A stretch of 64,000 nt of DNA from Octopus vulgaris (Eukaryota): positions 64,480,001 through 64,544,000 of the forward strand of contig OX597831.1 of assembly GCA_951406725.2 (NCBI GenBank), written 5' to 3'. Below the pieces are notes generated by a model. That model worked only from the letters and a program-made list of their open reading frames with translations, was not told the origin of the DNA and ran no database searches. The first letter of the stretch is position 1. The number at the start of each line of letters is the position of its first letter. Shown here in pieces: positions 25,921 to 37,276 of the stretch. A program made the translations under genes and the position numbers.

Positions 25921-26150
25921 GGCGGTGAGCTGGCAGAAACGTTAGCATGCTGGGTGAAATGCTTAGCGGTATTTCGTCTGCCGTTATGTTGTGAGTTCAA
26001 ATTCCGCCGAGGTCGACTTTGCCTTTCATCCTTTCGGGGTCGATAAATTAAGTACCAGTTATGCACTGAGGTCGATGTAATCGACTTAATACCTATGTCT
26101 GTCCTTGTTTGTCCCCTCTGTGTTTAGCCCCTTGTGGGTAATAAAGAAAT
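25921..26150 (+). mobile_element. SINE family B with Nin/Deu-like core (other copies at about 7565, 9947, 18234, 48485)
   Basis: B-box GAGTTCAAATTC followed by GACTTTGCCTTTCATCCTTTCGGGGTCGATAAATTAAGTACCAG. Confidence 0.85.
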
Positions 26151-27147
26151 AGGTATATAAAAAGCACCATTTGCGGGTGGCTGATGCCAGTGCCACTTGA
26201 CTGGTTCCTATGCTGGCCGCACATAAAAAGCACCCACCACACTCCCTGGGTGGTTGGCATTATGAAGGGCATCCAGCTGTAGAAACCTTGCCAAATCAGA
26301 TTGAAGCTTGGTGCAGCCTCTCGGCTTGCCAATTCTCAGTCAAACTGTCCAACCTATGCCAGCATGGAAAGCCGGCATTAAATAACAGTGATGAGATATA
26401 TGTGTGTGTGTATTTAGAATGTTGTTTGTTATGGCTGGACAGAGAGTGACCATTGGTTTCACACCTATAAAGCACTTAGCTGTATCGGTGACTTGTCAGG
26501 CTTAAATGGCCACTTGGGTCCGAAGAAGCAAAGGGAAACCAGAAATGCCTTTCAAAAATTCAACAAGTAGTTCACTAAAGAAGGAGAATGATGCAATGGG
26601 TGGCCAAAATAGAGGAGTGAAATTCAAGAAGGTACTACTTCGTTTGTATGGCCAATGGTCCATCTTTTCTTACTTGTGATACATGCTATCATATCTGTCT
26701 CTTCCAAGCTGGGCTAGTTTGTCATTAGTGACAGTACATATTTAGCCCCCCCCCCCCCCAACTCACTATTCACAGTTACAATCAGTTGAACTATCTTGCT
26801 CTGATTGTAATAAGATCTGCAGAAGTAAATCTCGTTTGACTAGGTACATGAAATGTGACCGTATCAATTTTCAACTGTCTTCACTACTAATACAATCATC
26901 TTCATGTCATCTGTATGGAAAAATTTGTAAAACTCTCGTTGGATTAAAACGTCATTTCCAGTCACATAACATATAGACTATCTCTGTCTTGTAGTAATTT
27001 TCTAAACTGTAAATATTTAACTCTTTATCACTTATATGGTTGTGTGCTGTTAGCTTTAACTAGCTTAGTACCCATGTATATGTACTCTGTCAGTGTTGGT
27101 GTTAAGAACAGTCATACTCAGTTAACAAGTTGACAGCCAAGTCAACA

Positions 27148-27185
<38 letters not shown>

Positions 27186-27446
27186 TAACAAAGGGTGAAA
27201 CTAATTAATTAAGAAGTAATCAGTAATTTCACCAAGTAGAATTTGGCATGAAAAGGACCATTTCATGGTAAATTTAAGTAATACTATATAATTAGGGTTC
27301 AGCAACGATTTGCTTCACCACATACCGAAGTTTAGAAATAGCAGTCAAAAAATCTTAGCTATTCCTTCTACTTTAAAGGGAGTTCCCAGAAAAACCAAAG
27401 CACTTGAAAACAAACCACGCAGGCAAAAGGAAAAAATGACGAAAAT

Positions 27447-27476
<30 letters not shown>

Positions 27477-27477
<1 letters not shown>

Positions 27478-27665
27478 CCGGAGTAAACACATAAATGTGA
27501 AACAAGGTGGAAAAAAGAGTACTCAAATACCAGTGGTAGAGTAATATGTTTTACTTAAAGCAGCAGAAAATTCAACAAAACCTATTACTCTGAGTTTCGC
27601 TTTGCCGTTCATCGGACAGTTTTTGCTAGCGAAATTTTGTTGAATTTTCTGCTGCTTTAAATAAA

Positions 27666-27668
<3 letters not shown>
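27477..27668 (-). mobile_element. Penelope-like remnant, second copy, with hammerhead-like motif at about 27575-27625
   Basis: Minus strand CUGU-CCGAUGA-..-GAAA-CUCAGAG-UA-AUAG; ~31-bp inverted arms 27550-27580 / 27635-27665. Confidence 0.6.
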
Positions 27669-27710
<42 letters not shown>

Positions 27711-27765
27711 AATAATTGTGTACAGTGCTCAGGTGCACTACAACTCATCTAAAGTGTATATATAA

Positions 27766-30591
27766 TCAGGTGAAGTTTCGGCGGATTTCGGAAAGCATGA
27801 GGGCCTTAAAAGATGCAGTGTCATGGCAGTCAACAACTGACGCAGGCAGTTTATTCCATGCTTCAGCAACTCTGAGCGTGAAAAAATGTTTCCGAAAGTC
27901 ATGGGAGCTGTATTGTTTTCTGACTTTGTAGGCATGTCCACGTGTGTTAGACACATGGAGATCAAAAAGGTGTTCAGTGTTGTTGTTGGTGAGGTGGTTG
28001 ATAACTTTGTGGGTGTTTACCAAGTCCGTCGCCAAACGCCGGAGCTTCAGAGAATCCATGCCCAGGGAAACAAGGCGCTCAGAATATGGTAGGTGTCTGA
28101 TGGAGGGTATGCGTTTGGTTGCACGTCTCTGGACAGATTCCAGGAGGTCAATGTTCTGTGCAAGATAGGGGTTCCAAACTGATGATGCGAATTCCAAGTG
28201 TGGTCGTACCATAGCTGTATACAGTTTTAAATAGATGGCTGGAGAGCGGCTAACAAAAGACCTGCTGAGTGATGCCAAGACACCCTCGGCCTTCCTGACA
28301 ATCTTAGAGATATGCTTTGACCAACGCAAATCACTGCTGACAGTGATGCCTAGGTCACGCTCGCAAGAGGATTTCTTGATATCAGTGTTGTGGAGGGAGT
28401 ATGTGAACGCAGGGTTTTTTCTCCCAAAATGCATGGTGGTACACTTGTCCACAGCCAGTTTCAGTTGCCAGTCTGTGATCCATTGCTGCATTGTGTCTAG
28501 GTCTGATTGCAGGAAAGAGTTGTAGACATCAGGATCTGTCCTCTTGATTTCAAGGTACAGCTTGATGTCGTCTGCATATTTCAATACTGTGGCATTCTTT
28601 AAATTGGCATCTATGTCGTTAATGTATGCCACAAACAAGAGGGGGCCAAGGACAGATCCCTGTGGTACACCCGATGACATCTCATATGGTGTAGAGTGCT
28701 GTCCTAGAACTGTGACTACCTCCTTTCGGCTGAGGATGAAGGATTTCAACCAGTTAAAAAGGTCATCCCCCACACCCATTGCAGAGAGTTTCACCATAAG
28801 CCTTTTGTGTGGCACAGAGTTGAAAGCCTTAGCAAAGTCAAGGTAGACAACATCCACCCATGAGCCACTGTCAGTAATCTGAGTAATGTCCTCAAGGAAC
28901 TCGACAAGCTGGTCACTGCAGCTGGAGTTAGGGACAAATCCATATTGTGAGGGTCGGATGAGACTGTGAGAGCTCCAGAAGTTCCAGAGTGTTTCTCTGA
29001 CACACGATTCCATCAGTTTTGCAATACAGCTAGTGAGACTGACTGGGCGATAGTTGACAGGTGATGTGCGGTCGCCCTTTTTGAACAGAGGAATGACACT
29101 GGCAGTTTTCCACTGCTCCGGAGTAGCACCATTGTTGAGACAGTACTGGAAGAAAATAGAAAGCTGGTGTAAAAGGAAATGCCTGCCACGTTTGAGAAGC
29201 AGGTATGTAACTCCATCGAGACCAGGGGAGGCATAGTTGCGCTTATTTTGAAGGTGACGTCGCAGCATTGCAGGTGTAAATTCCATAGTTGTTATGGAGT
29301 TTGCTGTTAGTGATGGTGAAGATGGTACATTTTGACTTTCAACAGTGAATATGTTTGCATAGCACTCGGCAATGAGTTCTGCGCATTCCTTGGGGTCGTC
29401 AGTGATCTGGTTTGTGTGAGGGTTGCGAAGAGGGCCCACTGGAGAGTGAGGTCTCTGCTTTGAGTGCACATATTTCCAGAAAACCTTGCTGTCAGGATTG
29501 GCTGCTATGCACTGTTCAAATTCAAGCACTGCTTTTTTTGTCACTTGCTTGAGATGGTTGGAGGATTTATTCCGCTTCTTCCTGTTGGTGTCTGATTTAT
29601 GCAACCTGTATTCCCGTTCAGCAGTCCGACGTTCCCTCCTGGCAAGTCGGACCGCTGAAGTTTCCCAAATTGCCCTTTTGGGGCGGTTCTTCTTTTTTTG
29701 TTTACGTGGCACTGATGCTGCACATGCTGCCCATATTGAGTCCAGGATACTCTGGAGTATAGTATTCACATCTCCAGAGTTGTAGAATTCACGCCAGTTT
29801 GGGTGCTGTAGTTCAGTGTGGTACAGGTTCCAATCTGCTCTCTTCCAATCGAAGGAAGCAGATTGGAGATGGTTCAGGTTTTTGTTGCCCGCAAGAGCCA
29901 GATTGGCGATGATCATAGCATGATCAGAGTCACCTAGAGGTTCCTCCGTAGTGCAATTGATAACCGCTTCAGGAGTTGTGGTGAAGAGCAGGTCCAAGGT
30001 GTTGTCGCCTCTTGTTGGAGAGGTGACTACTTGTGACCAGTTTGAGTCCAGCACAAGCTCAACAAAATCGTTTGCACTCTGTGGCCAATGGAAGGTCTCC
30101 CAATCGATCTCAGGATGATTGAAATCGCCTGCAATAAACACATAAGTGGCTGTTTTCCTGGCAGCAGCTCGGAGGACATTGCAAAGCTGTGTGTCCCGAT
30201 GGTAACTTGGGGGACGATAAACAACGCCAAGCAGGAGTGTTGACATGGTCATACGCACGTCACAGAAAAAAACTTCTTCTTGTGATTCGTTCAAATCGGC
30301 ACAAGGAATTACCAAAAAATTTGAACAAACGTAGACCATCACACCACCACCACGGCGGTTAGTGCGGTCCTTACGGAAGAGGTTGTACCCCGTAATGTTG
30401 AAAACCCCATCACAGAGTAAGGAATGCGCCCATGTTTCCGTGACAGTGATGAAGTCAGGGTCAACACTTCTGACGTAGGCGTTGAACAAATGTATTTTGT
30501 TGCATAAACTGCGAGCATTTAAGGACAACAATTTGTACCCTGCTCGCAGTTTATGATGGTGTGTAGAGGATGGCAGGTTGTTCTGGCTTAG
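27766..30591 (-). CDS. LINE ORF2p: APE endonuclease + reverse transcriptase (no initiating AUG)
   Basis: LNARSL, TETW, GDFN, SDH (APE); YRPVSLT, QYGF, LDFAKAF, GVPQGSVLGPLLF, YADD, DLG (RT); TRGH..FFTLRV..WNKLP CR1-type C-terminus; frame open from 30615. Confidence 0.95.
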   Translation of the reverse strand, partial: LSQNNLPSSTHHHKLRAGYKLLSLNARSLCNKIHLFNAYVRSVDPDFITVTETWAHSLLCDGVFNITGYNLFRKDRTNRRGGGVMVYVCSNFLVIPCADLNESQEEVFFCDVRMTMSTLLLGVVYRPPSYHRDTQLCNVLRAAARKTATYVFIAGDFNHPEIDWETFHWPQSANDFVELVLDSNWSQVVTSPTRGDNTLDLLFTTTPEAVINCTTEEPLGDSDHAMIIANLALAGNKNLNHLQSASFDWKRADWNLYHTELQHPNWREFYNSGDVNTILQSILDSIWAACAASVPRKQKKKNRPKRAIWETSAVRLARRERRTAEREYRLHKSDTNRKKRNKSSNHLKQVTKKAVLEFEQCIAANPDSKVFWKYVHSKQRPHSPVGPLRNPHTNQITDDPKECAELIAECYANIFTVESQNVPSSPSLTANSITTMEFTPAMLRRHLQNKRNYASPGLDGVTYLLLKRGRHFLLHQLSIFFQYCLNNGATPEQWKTASVIPLFKKGDRTSPVNYRPVSLTSCIAKLMESCVRETLWNFWSSHSLIRPSQYGFVPNSSCSDQLVEFLEDITQITDSGSWVDVVYLDFAKAFNSVPHKRLMVKLSAMGVGDDLFNWLKSFILSRKEVVTVLGQHSTPYEMSSGVPQGSVLGPLLFVAYINDIDANLKNATVLKYADDIKLYLEIKRTDPDVYNSFLQSDLDTMQQWITDWQLKLAVDKCTTMHFGRKNPAFTYSLHNTDIKKSSCERDLGITVSSDLRWSKHISKIVRKAEGVLASLSRSFVSRSPAIYLKLYTAMVRPHLEFASSVWNPYLAQNIDLLESVQRRATKRIPSIRHLPYSERLVSLGMDSLKLRRLATDLVNTHKVINHLTNNNTEHLFDLHVSNTRGHAYKVRKQYSSHDFRKHFFTLRVAEAWNKLPASVVDCHDTASFKALMLSEIRRNFT

Positions 30592-31411
30592 TTTCCCTGA
30601 GTTGCTGTAGTTTTTTTAGTTATTGTGGGTAGAGAGCACTCAGACCAGCTGGTATCTCTCTTCCACGTTTCAGCAGTCTTGACAAATCTCCAGATTTGTC
30701 CATCTTCCCGAAGACTGAAGCTTTCCTGTAGAGCTGAGTTCCTATTCAGGGAAGCCACTACACGTAGCTTTGGGCGTACATCGGATGGTAAGCCTGGGCG
30801 TGTTCGGAAGGTGGTCCGATTTTCCCGCCCAGCTTTAACTGAGGCCAGATGGTAAGAGGTTGCCTCAGTGGGGTCCGTAAAAGACAACTTGATGAGCCTA
30901 GGTTTTGGGCCAGGTCGTCCAAGGCGGATAGCACCCATTGGGGGAACGCAGCCTAGGTCTTTGGCTGAGTTGGCAGCAAAAGCCTGAAGATCAGCCATGT
31001 CTTCTGGCACCCCAATGGCAATGACTTCATGGGTGGCAGAATCCGCGGTCTTAAATGCGACAAGAGGTACAGGTACAGGGAGGTTCTTTAGCAGAGCATT
31101 CCGATAAGACCCCTCATTGTGGAGTCCAACCTGAATGGTTGCTTTTATTCCTGCTACTTCCCCTTTTAAAGCACAGATCGATTGTTGCAGTTCTGCAAGA
31201 ACCGCACTGGTCAATTGGTGTTGTTGTTGTTGCTGCTGTTGCTCTGGTTGTGGTTGATTTTGTTGTTGCTGTTGTTGTTGTTGATGTTGTTGTTGCTGCT
31301 GCTCTGGTTGTGGTTGATTTTGTTGTTGCTGCTGCTCTGGTTGTGGTTGATTTTGTTGTTGCTGCTGCTCTGGTTGTGGTTGATTTTGTTGTTGCTGCTG
31401 CTGCTGCTCTA

Positions 31412-31444
<33 letters not shown>

Positions 31445-31838
31445 CTGGTTGTGGTTGATTTTGTTGTTGCTGCTGTTGCTGTTCCGCCTCCTCCACGGGA
31501 GTGGCAGGGGGAGACACAATCGTCGGTTGTGGAGGCACGCAGGCCTGACACTGAAAAGTCCAAGATTTAAGCTGAACCATCTTCCAGAGTCTATCCATCA
31601 TAGCATTATGATGGCTCTTTTTTTGGCCTGGGATCTTCTGAAAGTCCGTGGCACATTGGAGGCAGACAGAGATGAGACATGTCCCACATTCGACCCAGCG
31701 ATTACGGAACGTATTTTCGGGTTCCGTACAGATGTGGCAGGTGTGATTTTCTGGGCAGTGTTCTATTTTAGAGCAGCGACCAGTCTTATCGCACGCCGCT
31801 ATGGATTTCACCATGGCGATTCTGTTGGTTCTGGTCAT
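30588..31838 (-). CDS. LINE ORF1p, 416 aa: Cys-rich PHD-like finger, polyQ/QNQPQPE repeats, coiled coil, RRM-like C-terminal region
   Basis: True ATG at 31838; CHIC..CGTC..CLQC..WTFQCQAC; LAELQQSICALKGEVAGIK heptads; IAIGVPE and IRLGR..PRLIKLSF motifs typical of LINE ORF1p. Confidence 0.88.
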
Positions 31839-32911
31839 CCGTAGAGACAGAAAATGTAAACAACAATACGATAAAAGTAAAATATAAAATATTTGTTTTT
31901 GATTCGTTCTTTTTTGTGTATATTCCTTGTTCTTAAATATTGCGTGTGTATATACACATGTTTCGTTCTTTTTTGTGTATATTCCTTTTTTTCTTAAATA
32001 TTGCGTGTGTATACATAAAAGTATTTGTGCGTATAGACACGGAGAAAGTTTGTAAACAGAAATGAAATTTTGGATTTTTTTGCAGTGTAGTCCGTCACAT
32101 TAAATAGTGTGATTTATTTTCACTCTGCACGTATATACATGTGTGCTACAAGTATCTATGTATGTATGTATGTCACTGCTTTATAAATTTTGGACGTACT
32201 TACTGTCGTTCAACGATTTCTTTTACCCTCAACTACACGTGGTGAATTCTTCCATTGTAGATCTGTGGTGGTCATCGTCGTAATATTTTCTCTTTAGTTT
32301 CCTCGCCAAATTGATTATACCCTAATCAAACCATTTGTTTGTCTACTTGTGAATGTGTCTTTGTTTTAGTAACATTGTATTTTCCTCCTTTTCCTTTTTC
32401 ATTCCCATATTATATGGAACTTCGGTGGACAGCTACTCTAAGACTCTGTATCATGACATGTTATTGGCTTGGAAAATGCAAAGGAAAATGCTTGGCTAAC
32501 CTCATTTGATATTATTTGGGTCCCCAAAATAAATCCAGTTCATTGAATTGTTACTGAGAGGAAGAGGAGGAGAAAGAGGATGCTGCTGCTGCAGATGATG
32601 ATGATGATGATGGAAATGACAATGATGAGCAGAATCCACTGTTGGGATTTAAGTCCACATCATCCACATCCTCCTGGATAAAATAAGAACAAGTCAAATA
32701 CAGGAGTTGTTCTAATCAGTTATATCTTCCATACAAAATTATGTGATCTTGTGCCTGTGTAGTCCTAGATACATTGTGACTGATGATATATATATATGTA
32801 AACATAGATATACATATACATATGTTTGTGTGTATTAGTTTATTTCAGTATTGTCCTATATATTAGTGTTACTGCTCGTTAATTTATCTAATGTATTCTG
32901 TCTTCTTATAG

Positions 32912-33113
32912 CAATATTAATACTCCTGCTCCTTACTACGTGGGCCAACTTCCTTCACAAAGTCCAGTTGCAAATATAAGCAATATGTATCCACACTTTC
33001 GACCAGCGAATACTCCAGTTAACCCTTGCACAAAGACATCGGTGTTAACTGCAAATGGAAACCAATCAACCTTGGAAAATTTTCCCCTTCAGGAACCTCC
33101 TCATAATCCAGAG
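32912..33113 (+). CDS. VPS37A: VPS37A-like coding exon 5 (Pro/Ser-rich linker)
   Basis: cttatag| ... GAG|gtaac; open frame NINTPAPYYVGQLPSQSP...EPPHNPE; phase 2/0 bridges exons 4 and 6; a poorly conserved linker is expected here. Confidence 0.8.
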
Positions 33114-34647
33114 GTAACATTTCTTTTTATTCAGAGAAAATAATTATTTTTTGGTTGTACCTGTTGGTGAAACAACATCTATTCACAAAGTTTTAAGTAG
33201 CACTTACATTGGTGTGTGTGTTTATATATATATATATAATTATTATTTGAGGGAATAAAATCCAAACTTAAAAGGAAAAAAAATTCAATTTAGAAATACT
33301 AAATCAAATTTCACACAATATAATATATATATATAAAAAATTTACTTAATCTTTACGTTTTATTGTTATTTTAATTTTAACTTTTCTATTATATGTAATT
33401 TTCTAGATGGTGTAATTTAATTATTCATTTTGAATTGATAAAAGGTGGTTTTTTTCTGATTTTATATATATATATACATGCATGCAGGGAGGGAGATAGA
33501 TAGATAGATATATAATTTTTTAAAAACGCTTGTTTTAAATGGACAAAAAATTTATATCATTACAGTTCATATTAGTTCCCATAACACGCTCTAGTAATTG
33601 AAACCTAATTTGAATGGCTATTTTTTAAAAATTTTCTATATACTTTTTTTGTTTTTCAATACTGGAAGAATCTGAATGAGTTTTAAAATGTTAACTATTT
33701 GCATGAATTATTGAAGGAAATGTTTTGTAATGTCTGACACTTGGCTTAGATGGATTAGAAAATAAGTGAAATAGACTTTGATTTATGCCTCTTTTTGTGT
33801 TTATTTACATTAGAGAAGATTTTTAATTGAATCAGTTTTGGTATTACTGGTACATACATGAACAGCAATGTAAACCTGGGCCATATTTTAGGATGTAGAG
33901 CAAAGCTAAATACCTGACATTTTTTCTGACACTCTTCCTTTTTGATCAGCTCCCCATTCTCTTCTCATAGAATGTATTGCAAGTTTCCATACGAAAATGT
34001 AATACAAACTTGATTGTTTTTGGAATTACATCTTCCAACTTTTTTAATTTTTTTAAAAGTTTCAGCTCAGAGCTGCGGCCATGCTGATGCACCGCCATTT
34101 TTATAATGTATATATGTGCATATATTATAGATATGTCATATATATATATCAAGTGATCACGTGACCGACCAGGCTATCAGATGTTGCTGCACATCGCTGG
34201 TCACAATGCGCTTCGCATTGTTTTAGCCTTCAAATGACGCCACCCCGCTGGCTAAGCGAGCAGGCCAACAGAAGAAAGAATGAGAGAAAGTTGTGGTGAA
34301 AGAATACAGCAGGGATCGCCACCAACCCCTGTTGGAGCCTCGTGGAGCTTTTTAGGTGTTTTCGGTCTATAAATACTCACAACTCCCGGTCAGGGAATTG
34401 AAACCGTCATCCTACAAGTGCGAGTCTTCTGCCCTAACCACTGAGCGATTGCGCCTCCACAGTCCTCTGCCCTAACCACTGGGCCATTAACTTTTTTTTT
34501 TGTAATTTAAAATGCTTATTTTCAATTCTAATACATCAGAGATTGTGATTTCATTTACTTCAATCTTAAACATTATATTTCATATCCTTTTTATTATATC
34601 AATATTTTATTGTTCTATAATATAATTTCTTTTTTTTTGTTTTTCAG

Positions 34648-34709
34648 TATTTCAGTGGATACAAAATGCCAGAATTACCTACTTCATTTCCTTCATTGAA
34701 AACCAAGAG
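34648..34709 (+). CDS. VPS37A: VPS37A-like coding exon 6
   Basis: ttttcag| ... AG|gtaat; YFSGYKMPELPTSFPSLKTK matches GYKMPDVPDAFPEL; phase 0/2. Confidence 0.93.
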
Positions 34710-35399
34710 GTAATACTTGTTGAACACATATGATGGTTGTCTTTATTCTTTTTTTCCCCCGCCGTAGAGATAATTTTGCATTCTTTAGAAATGTATTTTG
34801 GCCATAACACAAACAGCACCATAGGATAAAGAATTGTCGCTTATTTTCCAGTGGTCAAGTAGTTTTTATGTTTTATCTTTTACTTGCTTCAGTCATTAGA
34901 CTGCGGCCATACTGGGGCACCACCTTGGAGAATTTTAGTTGAACGAATCAACCCCAGTACTTACTATTTTTTGTAAAGCTTGGTACTTACTCTGTCGGTT
35001 TCTTTTGCCAAACTGCTAAGTCACAGGGGACATAAACACACCAGTACTGGTTGTCAAGTGGTGGTGGGCGGGGGGGGGGGGGGCAAACGCATACACAATG
35101 ATACACTCGCATAAATATATATATATATATAAGGGGCCTGAAGGGTTGCATGGCTGCAGTCAAATGACTGAAACAATTAAAAAAAATAGAAGAATATTTA
35201 GTCAGCCAGTTTAAATGTATCCACCAAATCCCTTTTGAATATATCTTTTTTTTAACATTTACGTCACTGCCTTGCAAGGAACATGTTATGACATAAAGCT
35301 CCCTGAATCTCAAGGTTTATCCCATAAGATGGGACAGACTTAGGTACAATAGAGAATTAAATAAATATATTAAAAAAATTTTCATATAAAAAGTTTTCA

Positions 35400-36012
35400 G
35401 GCACAGGAGAGTGGCTGTGTGGTAAGTAGCTTGTTTACCAACCGATGCTGGTATGTTTACGTTCCCGTCACTTAGCGGTTTGGCAAAAGAGACCGATAGA
35501 ATAAATACTGGGCTTACAAAGAATAAGTCCTGGGGTCGATTTGCTCGACTAAAGGCAGTGCTCCAGCATGGCCGAAGTCAAATGACTGAAACAAGTAAAA
35601 AAAAAAAAAAAAAAAGGAGTGGCTGTGTGGTAAGTAGCTAGTTTACCAACAACATGGCTCCGGGTTCAGTCCCACTGCGTGGCACCTTGGGCAAGTGTCT
35701 TCTGCTATAGCCTCGGGCCGACCAAAGCCTTGTGAGAGGATCTGGTAGACAGAAACTGAAAGAAGCCTGTCGTATATATATATATATATATATGCATGTG
35801 TGTGTATATGTTTGTGTGCCTGTGTTTGTCCCCCCCAACATTGCTTGACAACTGATGCTGGAGTGTTTATGTCCCCGTCACTTAGCGGTTCTGCAAAAAG
35901 AGACCGATAGAATAAGTACTGGGCCTACAAAGAATAAGTCCTGGGGTCGATTTGCTCGACTAAAGGCGGTGCTCCAGCATGGCCGCAGTGAAATGACTGA
36001 AACAAGTAAAGG
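35400..36012 (+). mobile_element. Tandem SINE family A pair (first copy internally deleted)
   Basis: Head fused to tail at CAACC microhomology (about 35440), poly(A), then a full copy. Confidence 0.85.
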
Positions 36013-36258
36013 AGTATATCATATAAATCATCTCCCATCGACAGAAATCAGGAGACCATAAAACTATATTAGAATAGCAAGTAAGTAAAATGAAAACTAT
36101 AAATTTGTCATCAGCATACATGCATATCATGTGTTTAACCTATATTCACTACTGTTTAAACACACTCTGCCGTTGTTGTGATGGTGGCAGTGGCTGTGGT
36201 AGCTGCTGCTGATGTTATGGTTGTGAGTTTTAAGCCTGCAGTGTGTATCTCGATATAA

Positions 36259-36553
36259 TCTTCTTTATATATAAAACTGAAGTTGTGTGGTGTCTGTCTC
36301 CTCTGATTTAGATTCCTAACTACTCCCACATTTCGCGGTGCAGTTTAACCAAAAGCAGGTATCTTATAGTCGTGATTCATATCGAGCCCTTCTGGGTATT
36401 AGTGCGTGCCTACGATGATAAAAAAATTTACCATAATTTTTTCGCATTTTTAATGCATTTTTTGCTCGGTTTATATAAGGGAAGTAACTCTCTAAAAATG
36501 CTTATATAGTTATTTCCCTTACAAATCTGAGCAACGCCGGGCGATACTGCTAG
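36259..36553 (+). mobile_element. Non-autonomous Helitron-like element
   Basis: A|TC...GCAACGCCGGGCGATACTG-CTAG|T; no TSD. Confidence 0.78.
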
Positions 36554-37276
36554 TATTAATATAAACATCTCAAGATTTGATGTGATAATGTCCCAGCTGC
36601 AGTCTGTATATTCTAAACAGCTCATACCAAGATACCTTCATACTGTATTATTATCATCACCTTCAATAAAACTTGACAAATATCAGCTTTTGTTCTACAA
36701 ACTTAGCTTCTATACCAGCAGGGAAAACAGCCTTTTGTCACAAGTCACTTACCTTTTATCAAAACTATCCGAACGTGGCTGTTGCCAGCCTCGCCTGGCC
36801 TCCGTGCTGGTAGCACGTAAAAATCACCATCTGATCGTGGCCGTTTGCCAGCCTCGTCTGGCACCTGTGTCGGTGGCATGTAAAAAGCACCCACTACACT
36901 CATGGAGTGGTTGGCGTTAGGAAGAGCATCCAGCCGTAGAAACACTGCCAGATCAGACTGGGCCTGGTGCAGCCTCCTGGCTTCCCAGACCCCAGTTGAA
37001 CCGTCCGACCCATGCTAGCATGGAAAGCAGACACTAAACGATGATGATGATGATGATGATGATGTACCAGTGAGATAAAAACTACATTCCCAAATTGCAG
37101 AAAAAAATGGAAAAGAAATCTAAGTATTTTCTGAAGATCAAAGTTAAATTAGCTTACTTTAATAACCACCACCACCAACTCATTAAACTATATATTGTCA
37201 TGTATAATTTATAACAAAATAACTGCAAAAGCATTCAAAAAATTTCCCCCAAAATGCAACTTAAAATGTAAACATG

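Larger units (their letters stand above)
27695..32280 (-). mobile_element. Apparently full-length, intact CR1-group LINE in VPS37A intron 4 (antisense)
   Basis: Two uninterrupted ORFs, short 3'UTR with terminal hairpin and (ATT)n tail at about 27695-27716; 5' boundary approximate. Confidence 0.92.

Noticed and set aside
31055-31844. Poly-L, poly-V/A and poly-T ORFs
   Set aside because: Alternative frames and antisense of the polyQ repeat in LINE ORF1
34648-34655. Alternative acceptor TTTCAG 8 nt inside exon 6
   Set aside because: Its use would frameshift the conserved GYKMP segment; the upstream AG fits the phase
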